Sequence record: MN164484.2
Direction: 5' to 3' (one strand)
Length of the DNA stretch: 46,054 nt
Origin: Escherichia virus ECH1
Below are positions 17,201 through 26,423 of the stretch, in pieces (position 1 is the first letter of the stretch; every line of letters starts with the position of its first letter). A program made the position numbers and the translations under genes. The notes below the pieces were generated by a model. It worked only from the letters and a program-made list of their open reading frames with translations, made no database searches and was not told the origin of the DNA.

Positions 17201-17703
17201 ATGTTAAAAGCATCAGGTGATAAACTGAAGTGGAATGATATCCCTGAGTATAGAGATTTTGTCCTTTATTGGAAGATTTCAACAAGCAACATATCAAGAA
17301 AAAAGATTGGTGATGTTGCGGGTAATCAAATGAATGATGGATACATAATGGTTCAGGCATTAAACAAAAGAATGCTTGCTCATAGGGTTGTTTGGGAAAT
17401 GCATAATGGCAGTATAACTAATGGCATGCATATAGACCATTTAAACCACATAAGGAATGACAACAGGATAGAAAACCTAAGACTGGTGTCAAGAACAGAA
17501 AACAACAGGAATAAATCAGTCAAAAGTAAACAAAACAGGTGTTTCAGGAGTTACATTAAAAGATGGGCTATTTCAGGTTTCGATAGGTGGAGAAAAAAAC
17601 AAGACTTACATAGGAAGGTTCTACACACTGGATCAGGCTACAGCAGCAAGGAAATCCGCAGAATTTCAACTATGTTACCACAATTATCATGGGGGATTTA
17701 ACT
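17201..17703 (+). CDS. HNH-AP2 homing endonuclease, frame-disrupted (HNH in one frame, AP2 domain in the +1 frame from about 17530)
   Basis: HNH motif HRVVWEMHNG...IDHLNH...NRIENLRLVSRTENN; alternate-frame AP2-like NKTGVSGVTLKDGLFQVSIGGEKNKTYIGRFYTLDQATAARKSAE; paralog of 39194-39688. Confidence 0.6.
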
Positions 17704-17704
17704 G

Positions 17705-18052
17705 ATGGCTATTGATACTTTTAACTCGTGCACGCAAATACAGGGTGGATCCAGCTCATTCAGCAACACGAACAACCTGCGACTTGTTAGCTTCGGAAAT
17801 GGTTTTGAGCAAAGAGGAACTGGTGGTTATCGCACCACCCTGAGCGCATACTCACTGACATACACCAACAAGGATTGGAGAGATGTTGACTTTTGTTTAA
17901 ACCACATCATTACCCCGTTCTTCTGGACTACGCCGCAGGGTGACACATCCATGTTCGTAATTCAGCAGGATAGCATTAGCGTTACACCACTCAGCGAGGA
18001 AGTTCAGACTGTAAACATGCAATTCGTGGAAGTCTTTAGCTCAATGCGTTAA
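17705..18052 (+). CDS. minor tail protein (lambda gpM-like)
   Basis: 115 aa, in the M position before the L, K, I, J series. Confidence 0.65.
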   Translation: MAIDTFNSCTQIQGGSSSFSNTNNLRLVSFGNGFEQRGTGGYRTTLSAYSLTYTNKDWRDVDFCLNHIITPFFWTTPQGDTSMFVIQQDSISVTPLSEEVQTVNMQFVEVFSSMR

Positions 18053-18056
18053 ACTA

Positions 18057-18077
18057 AGCCCCTTAGGGGCTTTTTTA
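18057..18077 (+). terminator. rho-independent terminator (AGCCCC-TTA-GGGGCT plus T6) then ATTGGAGA RBS
   Basis: Hairpin plus T-run between M and L. Confidence 0.65.
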
Positions 18078-18089
18078 TTGGAGAATAAT

Positions 18090-18845
18090 ATGCTGAGTCC
18101 TAAGTTTCAGAATCAGTTGCATAGCCTTTTCCCAGGCGAGATTGTGACACTAATTCAGGTTCACGGGACCTCATTCGGAAGTCTCGTTTACAACTTCCAT
18201 AATGAGAACATATCTTACACACCTGAAGAAATCCTGCTGGCCCAACTGAATGGCGATCCACTACCAGAGAAAACCATCACCTTCCGCGGCGAAGAGTATG
18301 GCCCAAGACCATTTGGTATCTCTGGTATCAATATGACTTCTGACGGCAAGGCTAACAAGGTCACGTTAACGGTATCAAACGTGGACCAGCGCATTAGCGC
18401 ATTGATTCGCACATATAACGGACTTGTTAAGGCAAAGGTTACTATCTGGATCACCACGCGCGATAACATCAATGAAGACGGAAGCATTGCTGACGGGGAC
18501 TATCGCAGATTTGTTTACTTCATTGAGCGACCAAAGCAAGTTGATTACAAAACCGCATCATTTGAGCTAAGCAGCCCGATGGATATGGACGGAATTTATA
18601 TTCCTGCACGTCTTGTTCAGTCCGTTTGCTATTGGTCGTCAAGGGGGTGGTATCGTAGCGGTAATGGTTGCGACTATGCTGGCAATCGTTATTTTGACAA
18701 GGATGACAATCCAGTGTCAGACCCTTCACTTGACTTCTGCGCCGGAACGGTAAATAGCTGTAAGATTAGGTTTGGTGAGAATAATCAGATTTCATTTGGT
18801 GGGTGCGCAGCAGCGAGCCTTCAAGCTAAAGCTAATCAGAGTTAA
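18090..18845 (+). CDS. minor tail protein (lambda gpL-like)
   Basis: ATG 18090 with RBS GGAG; Cys-rich C-terminus (CYWSS...CDYAG...C...C) typical of gpL. Confidence 0.7.
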   Translation: MLSPKFQNQLHSLFPGEIVTLIQVHGTSFGSLVYNFHNENISYTPEEILLAQLNGDPLPEKTITFRGEEYGPRPFGISGINMTSDGKANKVTLTVSNVDQRISALIRTYNGLVKAKVTIWITTRDNINEDGSIADGDYRRFVYFIERPKQVDYKTASFELSSPMDMDGIYIPARLVQSVCYWSSRGWYRSGNGCDYAGNRYFDKDDNPVSDPSLDFCAGTVNSCKIRFGENNQISFGGCAAASLQAKANQS

Positions 18846-18889
18846 ATAGCACGAATTGCTAAAGACGATTTAAAAAGATGGGGTATAGT
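18845..18889 (+). promoter_or_regulatory. conserved promoter-like cassette (AATAGCACGAATTGCTAAA, 20 nt, TATAGT)
   Basis: Motif 18845-18863; TATAGT 18884-18889; leader CCCAATCGAAACGAGAGGAG; ATG 18912. Confidence 0.55.
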
Positions 18890-18911
18890 TACCCAATCGA
18901 AACGAGAGGAG

Positions 18912-19274
18912 ATGAAAAAAATGTTCCAAATTAAATTTAACGGATACAAAAAAGACAAAGAAGAGTGCGCTGGTTTGTTTTTCATTGGCCACAATTACCC
19001 CTGCAGTGTTGTTGACTCAAACAGACACTATCAGACGCAGGATGAGAATGGCAATATTGTAAAGTTTAAAAGTATTTTCCGTGATGCTTGTTACGACTTT
19101 TCAAGAATTGATACTCAGAGCAAGGTATTAGACGAGCATGATAACAAGATGAAATATCGAATGAATGGTGTTGATGTCACTAAGTCATTCTTTGATGATA
19201 AGCTACTGGAAGTTGAGATGCTTAAATCAATAGATGTTTCAGTATTTATAGATTTTGAGGTTTATTTTGAATAA
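18912..19274 (+). CDS. moron, paralog of 6039-6370 (120 aa)
   Basis: Own promoter-like cassette and terminator; N-terminus FNGYKK and C-terminus IDFEVYFE match the 6039 gene. Confidence 0.5.
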   Translation: MKKMFQIKFNGYKKDKEECAGLFFIGHNYPCSVVDSNRHYQTQDENGNIVKFKSIFRDACYDFSRIDTQSKVLDEHDNKMKYRMNGVDVTKSFFDDKLLEVEMLKSIDVSVFIDFEVYFE

Positions 19275-19292
19275 ACAAAATTAGTGTTAAAC

Positions 19293-19320
19293 TAGGTCAA
19301 TCGAAAGGTTGGCCTTTTTT
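19293..19320 (+). terminator. terminator-like hairpin plus T6 followed by ATTGGAGA RBS
   Basis: AGGTCAA...TTGGCCT stem with T-run. Confidence 0.5.
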
Positions 19321-19332
19321 ATTGGAGATAAA

Positions 19333-20091
19333 ATGTTAACACCAAAGGTTAAGCTGGAAATCTTCCAGCACGCAAAAGAAATTTACCCGCATGAGTGCTG
19401 CGGAGTTGTAACGCAGAAGGGTCGGGCGCAGAAATATCACAGAATCACTAACGCCAGCAAAGACCCCGAGAACGAGTTCATTCTTGATTCAAACGAGTAT
19501 GCAGATGTTCTCTTTGAATTGGCTCACAATGAATCTATTGTTTACGTAGTTCACTCTCACACAGGCGACGGAGCAACAACAAGGCCAAGTCCTGCGGATA
19601 TTTGTAGCTGCAATGAGTGCGAGATTCCGTATGTTATCGTAAGTATCCCAGAGGGAGATATGCGGATTCTTGAGCCGTCAACCATGCCTCTGATTGGTCG
19701 CCCGTGGGGGCTTGGTAGCTTTGATTGCTGGGAGATGGTTATGTCGTTTCACAAGAAATACGGAGTAAAACTGAATGACTACCGCGTTAATTACCCGTGG
19801 TGGGAGAAGCGGTACAATGAAAATATCTATGACGACAACTGGGTTGAGGAAGGATTTGAGCTGGTGAAAACTTCAGATATTCCCATTGGCTCAATGATTA
19901 TGATGCAAGTGCAAAGCGAGGTGACAAACCACGCTGGAATCTATATTGGCAATAACAGATTCATCCACCATCTATATGGTAAAATGAGTTCAGTAGATAT
20001 CTATTCCGATTACTGGCGCGAGCGCACGGTGCGAATTGTTCGCCATAAGGATTTACCAGAGGATGTAATTTATGACCCAGAAACTGATTGA
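19333..20091 (+). CDS. tail assembly protein (lambda gpK-like, JAB/MPN plus NlpC/P60 features)
   Basis: HECCG and HSHTGDG (JAMM-like) motifs; C-terminal Cys/His segment FDCWEM...HAGIY...FIHH. Confidence 0.75.
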   Translation: MLTPKVKLEIFQHAKEIYPHECCGVVTQKGRAQKYHRITNASKDPENEFILDSNEYADVLFELAHNESIVYVVHSHTGDGATTRPSPADICSCNECEIPYVIVSIPEGDMRILEPSTMPLIGRPWGLGSFDCWEMVMSFHKKYGVKLNDYRVNYPWWEKRYNENIYDDNWVEEGFELVKTSDIPIGSMIMMQVQSEVTNHAGIYIGNNRFIHHLYGKMSSVDIYSDYWRERTVRIVRHKDLPEDVIYDPETD

Positions 20092-20644
20092 TATTAAGTT
20101 AGGCCTGTCACTAGGTCGTAAGTTTGGAAAGATTCACCAGATGGCAGTGAATAGCGTGCCTGAAGCAATGCGAGCGCTTTGCTCTCAGATCCCTGCTTTC
20201 AAAGAGTTCATGAATAGCCATATAGGGCAAAACGCAAGGTACGCAGTATTTGTAGATGGTAAAAATGTGAACGAGCATCGAATCTCTGATTTTAGTGCCG
20301 TTCAGGAGATACGCATCTTGCCAATCCCGCAAGGCCGAAAGTCAGGCGGTTTGTTTCAAACAATTTTGGGTGCCGCGCTTATCACGGTAGGTATCTTCAC
20401 TGGTCAGATTTATCTTGTCGGCGCTGGCGTTTCCCTAGCTGCGGGTGGTATTGCTCAGCTGTTATCACCGCAAGCAACTGGATTGAAGACTCAGAACAAC
20501 CAAACAAGCAACCGTGCATCATACGCATTCGGATCCGCTGTAAACACAGTGGCCGCTGGATATCCAGTTTGCCTACCATATGGCTATCGAACGGTTGGCG
20601 GCTCGGTGTTTAGTGCTGGCAGCTACGCCGAAGACAATGCTTAA
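20072..20644 (+). CDS. tail assembly protein (lambda gpI-like)
   Basis: 190 aa with hydrophobic C-terminal half, overlapping the K gene stop; position before J. Confidence 0.65.
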   Translation: MTQKLIDIKLGLSLGRKFGKIHQMAVNSVPEAMRALCSQIPAFKEFMNSHIGQNARYAVFVDGKNVNEHRISDFSAVQEIRILPIPQGRKSGGLFQTILGAALITVGIFTGQIYLVGAGVSLAAGGIAQLLSPQATGLKTQNNQTSNRASYAFGSAVNTVAAGYPVCLPYGYRTVGGSVFSAGSYAEDNA

Positions 20645-20651
20645 ATATCAT

Positions 20652-20674
20652 ACCCGCCTAGTGCGGGTTTTTTA
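20652..20674 (+). terminator. rho-independent terminator (ACCCGC-CTAGT-GCGGGT plus T6)
   Basis: Hairpin plus T-run. Confidence 0.65.
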
Positions 20675-20694
20675 TTTAGTGTAGACTGGCACAA

Positions 20695-23600
20695 ATGATC
20701 AAAACAAACATGAGGCTTTGTGATCTGGCTGAAGAGATTAAGATTTATGGTGCTAAGGGTGGTAGCCAGAAGCAGCACCAACCAGTGGAACAAGAAGACA
20801 ACCTGATTTCATTAAACAAGGTTAAGGTATTACTTGCGGTTGCTGACGGCGAGGTGGATCCAAACTTCTCAATGAAGGATTTATACCTTGCTGACGTTCC
20901 GGTGCAAAACCAGGATGGCAGCTACAACTACGAGGGTGTTCGCGCTGAGTTCCGTGCTGGTACGCAGTATCAGGACTATATCGCTGGCCTTGATGGTGCT
21001 AACTCAGAGATTCAGGCTTCCAGGGAAATCACAAACGACACCCCGTACATCATTGCGGTTAACAATAACCAGCTATCGGCAATTAGAGTCAAACTTTTTC
21101 GGCCTCGGTTGGTTAAGCAAGAAAGTAACGGCGACCTTGTCGGAACTACGTGCGAGTATGCGATTGACCTTTCCGTTAATGGTGGTGCTTACCAGGAATA
21201 CACTCGCGGAGTTGCTAACGGGAAGACCACTACAGGTTACGACCGCAGCATTCGCGTGAACCTTCCTGCAGAGTTTGATAGCGCATTGGTTCGCATCCGT
21301 AAGATTACAGCAGATTCAACAAGTAGCACGCTGGTTAACGGAATGCAGATTACAACCTATCAGGAAGTAATCGACGCTAAATTCCGCTATCCGCTTACGG
21401 CACTTGTTTATGTTGAGTTCGGCTCTGACTTGTTCCCTAACGGCATCCCGACAATCTCAATCAAGAAGCGATGGAAGTTAATTCAGGTCCCAACGAACTA
21501 TGATCCTGAGACTAGAACCTACAGCGGCACGTGGAATGGCCTGTTCAAAATGGCGTGGTCAAACAACCCTTCCTGGGTTCTTTATGACTTAGTGACAAAC
21601 CGCCGATATGGTCTTGATCAGCGAGAGCTTGGTGTAGAGATTGATAAATGGGGACTGTATGAAGCTGCGCAATTCTGCGACCAGATGGTGCCGGATGGTA
21701 AGGGTGGAATGGAACCGCGATATCTATGCGACATGGTTGTACAGAACAAGGTTGAGGCCTACACACTAATTCGTGACATTTGCTCAATCTTTCGTGGACT
21801 GACTTTCTATGATGGAGAAAAGATTGGTATCGTGGTTGATAAACCTCGCAATCCATCTTACATCTTCACTAATGATAACGTTGTAAACGGATTATTCAGC
21901 CGCACTTTTGCCAGCGATAAAAGCCTTTACACTACGGCAAACGTTCAGTTTGATGATGTGGAGAACAACTATCAGCAGGATGTTGAGCCAGTATTTGAGC
22001 TCGAGGCTACTCGCCGATTTGGTTTTAACCCGGTCGACCTAACGGCAATTGGATGTACGCGAAGAAGTGAAGCAAACAGACGCGGAAGATGGCTACTGAA
22101 AACCAACCTGAGAAGCGAAACTATCAGCTTCACTACCGGGTTGGAAGGCATGATTCCGATGATTGGTGAGGTTATTGCGGTTAATGACGCTGCATGGTCG
22201 AGCAACTACCAGTTAAACCTTTCCGGTCGTATTGAATCAGTTCAGGGATTGCAGGTTTTCACCCCGTTCAAAGTTGACGCGGCACCGGGTGACAGAATTC
22301 TTCTGAACAAGCCTGACGGAAGCCCGGAAGCAAGAACTATCGCCAGCGTTTCGGAAGATGGTAGAACTATCAACCTGAATACTGCTTTTAGTTTTGTAGC
22401 TCAGCCTGACACTGTATTCGCAATCGATAAGGATAATCTGGCGCTTCAGCAGTATGTTGTGACCGGGATTCAAAAAGCAGATTCTGATGGTTCGGATTCA
22501 TTCCAGTATACGATTACCGCGGTGGAGTATGACCCGAACAAGTATGACGAGATTGACTACGGCGTTAACATTGTTGACCGTCCAACTTCAATTGTGGAAC
22601 CTGACAGATTATCGCCACCAGAAAACCTGACCGTGTCAAGTTATAGTAAGGTTGTTCAGGGCTTGTCGGTTGAGACGATGGTTATCGGATGGGATAAGGC
22701 TCCATACGCTAAAACCTACAATGTTCAATGGAGGAAAGAAAATGGTAACTGGATTAACGTACCCAGAACAGCAAGTACAGAGGTTGATATCGAAGGTATT
22801 TACGCAGGAATCTATGACGTTAGGGTTCGCAGCGTATCAGATACTGAAAACGTGTCTGCCTGGTCTGACATTGTAACTGTATCACTAACTGGCAAGATTG
22901 GACGTCCTTCGGCACCTACTGTTATCACGGCGTCAACTGATGAGGTATTTGGCATCCGTGTTAAATGGGGATTCCCTGATAGCTCTGGTGATACTGCTTA
23001 CACTGAGCTTCAGCAGGTTCCTGATAATGGCGATGGTACTTACAATCCTGATAACGCAAGCTTGCTGACGTTGCTGCCTTATCCAGCCTATGAATACTGG
23101 CATACGCCTATTCAGCCAGGTAAGGTTATCTGGTATCGCGCAAGATTGATTGACAGAATCGGCAACACCTCTGATTGGTCTGATTTCGCTAGAGGCATGA
23201 GTACTGACGACGCCAACATTATCAATGATTACATCAAGGTTGATATAGAGGGTTCGGAAGGATTCAAATACCTCGAGCAGAATGCGATTCAAAAGAATCA
23301 GGACATTCAGAATCAGGCAGAGTCAATTCTTGAGAATGCATTAGCTAATGATGCCGATGTTCGCCGGATGACCAAGGAGAACGGCAAACGTAAGGCTGAA
23401 TATGTTCAGACGGTGAATCTAATAGCCGATGAAACTCAGGCACGCGTAGAGGCTCTCACCGCACTTAAAGCGCAGATAGATGATGAAGTTGTAGCATCGA
23501 TTACGGAAGTTCAGACAGCGCTAGCTACCGAGACAGAAGCAAGGACCACCGCAGACACGGCTCTATCAGCAAGACTCGGTGATAACGAGTCGGCGATAAA

Positions 23601-24111
23601 CCAGAAATTAGACGCATTTTCCAATGCCACCTCAACTGGCGTGCAGTACGGAATTAGTCTTGGCCTGAAATACAATGGTCAGACTTATTCATCCGGCATG
23701 AGCATGGAGCTCGTTGGCACTGGTGATAACGTTCGTAGTCAATTCATTTTTGACGCAAACAGGTTTGCGATCAGTAACGGCATCGGTTCTGGCTCCGGTC
23801 AGTGGCAATTACCATTCGTTGTCGAGAACGGAAACGTAATCATCCAGAGCGCAGTTATCGGTGATGGTTCAATCAGCAACGCGAAGATTGGTAATTTTAT
23901 TCAGTCGAATAACTATGTGGCAGGAACTACGGGTTGGAGGATTGATAAATCAGGAAGTGCAGAGTTAAGCAACGCCACTGTAAGAGGTAATCTTTACGCT
24001 AACAATGGCAACTTCGCATTTAACGGAACCAATAACACGGTTCAGATTAACAATAACGGAATCACTGTAAACTTACCGAACGGAGGAAGAGTGGTAGTTG
24101 GAGTGTGGTAA
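20695..24111 (+). CDS. tail tip host-specificity protein (lambda gpJ-like central fibre)
   Basis: 1138 aa; last gene of the M, L, K, I, J series; repetitive beta-rich C-terminal region. Confidence 0.8.
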   Translation: MIKTNMRLCDLAEEIKIYGAKGGSQKQHQPVEQEDNLISLNKVKVLLAVADGEVDPNFSMKDLYLADVPVQNQDGSYNYEGVRAEFRAGTQYQDYIAGLDGANSEIQASREITNDTPYIIAVNNNQLSAIRVKLFRPRLVKQESNGDLVGTTCEYAIDLSVNGGAYQEYTRGVANGKTTTGYDRSIRVNLPAEFDSALVRIRKITADSTSSTLVNGMQITTYQEVIDAKFRYPLTALVYVEFGSDLFPNGIPTISIKKRWKLIQVPTNYDPETRTYSGTWNGLFKMAWSNNPSWVLYDLVTNRRYGLDQRELGVEIDKWGLYEAAQFCDQMVPDGKGGMEPRYLCDMVVQNKVEAYTLIRDICSIFRGLTFYDGEKIGIVVDKPRNPSYIFTNDNVVNGLFSRTFASDKSLYTTANVQFDDVENNYQQDVEPVFELEATRRFGFNPVDLTAIGCTRRSEANRRGRWLLKTNLRSETISFTTGLEGMIPMIGEVIAVNDAAWSSNYQLNLSGRIESVQGLQVFTPFKVDAAPGDRILLNKPDGSPEARTIASVSEDGRTINLNTAFSFVAQPDTVFAIDKDNLALQQYVVTGIQKADSDGSDSFQYTITAVEYDPNKYDEIDYGVNIVDRPTSIVEPDRLSPPENLTVSSYSKVVQGLSVETMVIGWDKAPYAKTYNVQWRKENGNWINVPRTASTEVDIEGIYAGIYDVRVRSVSDTENVSAWSDIVTVSLTGKIGRPSAPTVITASTDEVFGIRVKWGFPDSSGDTAYTELQQVPDNGDGTYNPDNASLLTLLPYPAYEYWHTPIQPGKVIWYRARLIDRIGNTSDWSDFARGMSTDDANIINDYIKVDIEGSEGFKYLEQNAIQKNQDIQNQAESILENALANDADVRRMTKENGKRKAEYVQTVNLIADETQARVEALTALKAQIDDEVVASITEVQTALATETEARTTADTALSARLGDNESAINQKLDAFSNATSTGVQYGISLGLKYNGQTYSSGMSMELVGTGDNVRSQFIFDANRFAISNGIGSGSGQWQLPFVVENGNVIIQSAVIGDGSISNAKIGNFIQSNNYVAGTTGWRIDKSGSAELSNATVRGNLYANNGNFAFNGTNNTVQINNNGITVNLPNGGRVVVGVW

Positions 24112-24117
24112 TAAATA

Positions 24118-24140
24118 AAGCCCCTTAATTGGGGCTTTTC
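24118..24140. terminator. bidirectional terminator (AAGCCCC-TTAATT-GGGGCTT) between convergent genes
   Basis: Hairpin with T-rich runs on both strands. Confidence 0.6.
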
Positions 24141-24142
24141 TT

Positions 24143-25114
24143 TTAGTAGAAGCTTGGAATAAATGGAAGTGCCATTGATATATTTGTGTCGAAAGGGAAC
24201 TGAGCGCCAGTCTGAGTTGAATAGTTACCTATTACAGAGCCAGGAACAGCCCTAACAGAGCCTCCAGACATGCAAACGCCCTTGTATCGCAAGTTGTTAT
24301 ATCCTCCAGTAACTCTAGTCGTAGCGCCACATCTAAGAATAGGGAAGAATCCACCATTTATTGACTGATATCCATTGCTTATTTGTATAAATCCACTAAG
24401 TACGAATGGTCGCCTAACGCTTGAAAAAACAATCTGACCAGAGCTATTTGACATTGTTAGTCCTGGTCCGGCTGGTGGTGGTTCATTTCTGAATATCACC
24501 AGCTGAACATAAGTACTTGCCGAAACATCATCTGTACCTCCGTAGGTTATATCCCTGCACCATATTGTTGATCCATCTGATTCAAGTGATACGTTTGGAT
24601 TATCCCACTTGCCGAATGGTATGCCGCTAACTGGTAGCGATGCCGCCCCGTTAACCTGTATGCCTCCAACCCATGCTGCTGACATTAGTCTCGAGTTGCT
24701 TGATATAGCAAGGAAATCAGTTGAGTTCTCAACGAGTATCCCTGGGCTTGATGAAGATGATGCTGGTAGAATTTCAAAACAATTACCCGCAAAGTCAATT
24801 ATTCGACCATTGGCACCATTGAAGTTACTAAGTGTTATCCTGCCAACTCCGTCATTAACCTTTTGGAATCCGTTCATGTAATAAACTTCAGGTATAACAT
24901 CGTAAGCATCAACGTGGACTGCCTTCGTTGGTAGGCAGAAAGCCGTAGAGCCAGGAGACATTGTCAATCCAAAATCCCACGAACTTGCTGGGGTTGAAAG
25001 TCCATTGGTATTTATTGATCCAGTCACAGCAGGTGCCCTTAATCCTGCCGTTATTTCCATCGCTGGTCTTCCGTCATTGAGGTCAATCAATATACCCTGC
25101 GGCATTATTTCCAC
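24143..25114 (-). CDS. putative receptor-binding/distal tail protein (323 aa)
   Basis: Gly/Ser/Asn-rich beta-type composition; co-transcribed with the lipoprotein gene; convergent with J. Confidence 0.35.
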   Translation of the reverse strand: MEIMPQGILIDLNDGRPAMEITAGLRAPAVTGSINTNGLSTPASSWDFGLTMSPGSTAFCLPTKAVHVDAYDVIPEVYYMNGFQKVNDGVGRITLSNFNGANGRIIDFAGNCFEILPASSSSSPGILVENSTDFLAISSNSRLMSAAWVGGIQVNGAASLPVSGIPFGKWDNPNVSLESDGSTIWCRDITYGGTDDVSASTYVQLVIFRNEPPPAGPGLTMSNSSGQIVFSSVRRPFVLSGFIQISNGYQSINGGFFPILRCGATTRVTGGYNNLRYKGVCMSGGSVRAVPGSVIGNYSTQTGAQFPFDTNISMALPFIPSFY

Positions 25115-25356
25115 TCCTTGCTGCCATGATCTGCAATAGAGCCACCGTAACCGCCGCCAGCCTTGCTTTCAATTCCGGCGTAGCGAACATCAACCTCACC
25201 AGCCGGAACAACTACGCCACCTTTCCATTTAGCTACGCACACACCATTTGCTTGTGTTGCACACCAACCATCCGGGCGAGGACCAGATGAGCAACCTACC
25301 ATCATGATTGCTGCTGCGGCGATGATTGAAAGTTTGATTAATTTAGTCATTTTCAT
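25105..25356 (-). CDS. lipoprotein, candidate superinfection-exclusion protein (Llp/Cor-like)
   Basis: Lipoprotein signal ending in MVGC; mature part about 61 aa with two further Cys; 10-nt overlap with the downstream gene. Confidence 0.6.
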   Translation of the reverse strand: MKMTKLIKLSIIAAAAIMMVGCSSGPRPDGWCATQANGVCVAKWKGGVVVPAGEVDVRYAGIESKAGGGYGGSIADHGSKEWK

Positions 25357-25392
25357 GTTCCTTAGAATGTGTGTTTCGTTTTGATGGAGTAA

Positions 25393-25436
25393 TCATATCT
25401 TAACTGTTAGGTTTGTCTTTAGCTATTCGTGCTATT
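25393..25436 (-). promoter_or_regulatory. conserved promoter-like cassette on the minus strand (AATAGCACGAATAGCTAAA, TATGAT)
   Basis: Reverse complement of 25418-25436; leader CCATCAAAACGAAACAC; drives the lipoprotein operon. Confidence 0.5.
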
Positions 25437-25724
25437 CAACCATCTGTTATATTTATCCCTCTCCTTGATTGCCTTTTCAAGTGACTTGAATCTTAAAAGT
25501 AGCGGCATACAGTCAACACCCATAATTAAGGATTCGTCGCAGCTATTTGCGCCAGTCAGCCAAAGAGAGAAGTATTGTTGGTCGAGGCCGTAGTTCCTGT
25601 CTTTATTGACCCTAACGCTAACAACTTTAAATTTTAAACCAGCCAACTTAACCTTATCTATAAATTCTGACTTTTTCAGCTTGTTGCTCCTTTTTAGTTT
25701 ACCTGGAAATGGTACATCACCCAT
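25419..25724 (-). CDS. hypothetical protein (about 100 aa) ending in NSTNS encoded by the motif
   Basis: ATG at 25724 lies 10 nt after the minus-strand motif at 25735-25753; last codons are the next motif copy. Confidence 0.3.
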   Translation of the reverse strand: MGDVPFPGKLKRSNKLKKSEFIDKVKLAGLKFKVVSVRVNKDRNYGLDQQYFSLWLTGANSCDESLIMGVDCMPLLLRFKSLEKAIKERDKYNRWLNSTNS

Positions 25725-25734
25725 GAGATTTGTC

Positions 25735-25753
25735 TTCAGCAATTAGTGCTATT
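25735..25753 (-). promoter_or_regulatory. motif copy on the minus strand (AATAGCACTAATTGCTGAA)
   Basis: Read as reverse complement; too close to the ATG to be a standard promoter. Confidence 0.35.
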
Positions 25754-25807
25754 GGTTACGCGTAACCGATGTAACTCGATGTATACCATATCCATCCGCG
25801 GGAAATC

Positions 25808-25848
25808 CGTTACGCCATATTACGCCCAGTTACGCTTTAGTTACACTA
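25808..25848. repeat. four direct repeats of TTACRC (iteron-like)
   Basis: CGTTACGCC, ATTACGCC, AGTTACGCT, AGTTACACT read directly. Confidence 0.5.
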
Positions 25849-25877
25849 AAATATCTATATATATAAAGGGTTTAGAT

Positions 25878-25920
25878 AATTATTATTATTATCTATATAT
25901 ATAGTGTAACTGCTGTAACT
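25878..25920. repeat. AT-rich block (TTA)n-TATATATAT plus GTAAC-N4-GTAAC; copy of 249-288
   Basis: About 80 percent identical to the block at 249-288. Confidence 0.6.
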
Positions 25921-26032
25921 CATAATATTGGTATGTTGCGTTTGTTTTTCTATATGATGATTATCTTTGTTATCTGGCGTGGCTAAATGGATGTAGGGTG
26001 TGGTGCACCACATAAAAGATACCGTTACATTG

Positions 26033-26060
26033 GTTACATGTGAGTTACATTGAGGATTTA
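26033..26060. repeat. three direct repeats of GTTACAT
   Basis: CCGTTACATTGGTTACATGTGAGTTACA read directly. Confidence 0.5.
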
Positions 26061-26225
26061 TGCGGTCTGCGGTGGCTAAAAACGTAACAAAGGAGAGCCT
26101 ATACATGAAATTACGTCATTTGACGCGTAATCATAATTTATTAATCGGTGATATCTATTGGACTGCGCTGCCACCCTCTCATATGATCAACCCATCGAAA
26201 GCAAACAACCATAGAGAGACGCAAA

Positions 26226-26420
26226 ATGGCTTACTTCATCATTAAAGAGAAAAAAAACGCACTATTCGGCGACTGCTACTTCGGAGGTGAGGCAGGTTAC
26301 ACTACAGATAAGAATGAGGCAGACCGATTTGAAACGAAGGAAGATGCCAAATCTGTCCTGACCGGATACTTCACAGAAGAAGATTTTAAATTGGTTAAGA
26401 TTGTTAAGGTTAAGGAGTGA
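26226..26420 (+). CDS. hypothetical protein (64 aa)
   Basis: First plus-strand ORF after the control region; leader contains CCCATCGAAAGCAAAC. Confidence 0.4.
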   Translation: MAYFIIKEKKNALFGDCYFGGEAGYTTDKNEADRFETKEDAKSVLTGYFTEEDFKLVKIVKVKE

Positions 26421-26423
26421 ATC

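Noticed and set aside
18856-18889. TTGCTA of the motif read as a sigma70 -35 hexamer
   Set aside because: Spacing to the TATAGT element is 22 nt in this copy and 19-22 nt in the other copies, outside the 15-19 nt range for a -35/-10 pair; an activator-site interpretation fits better
26060-26245. 61-aa ORF inside the divergent control region
   Set aside because: Lies in the repeat- and promoter-rich intergenic region, has no RBS, and overlaps the leader of the 26226 gene; likely spurious
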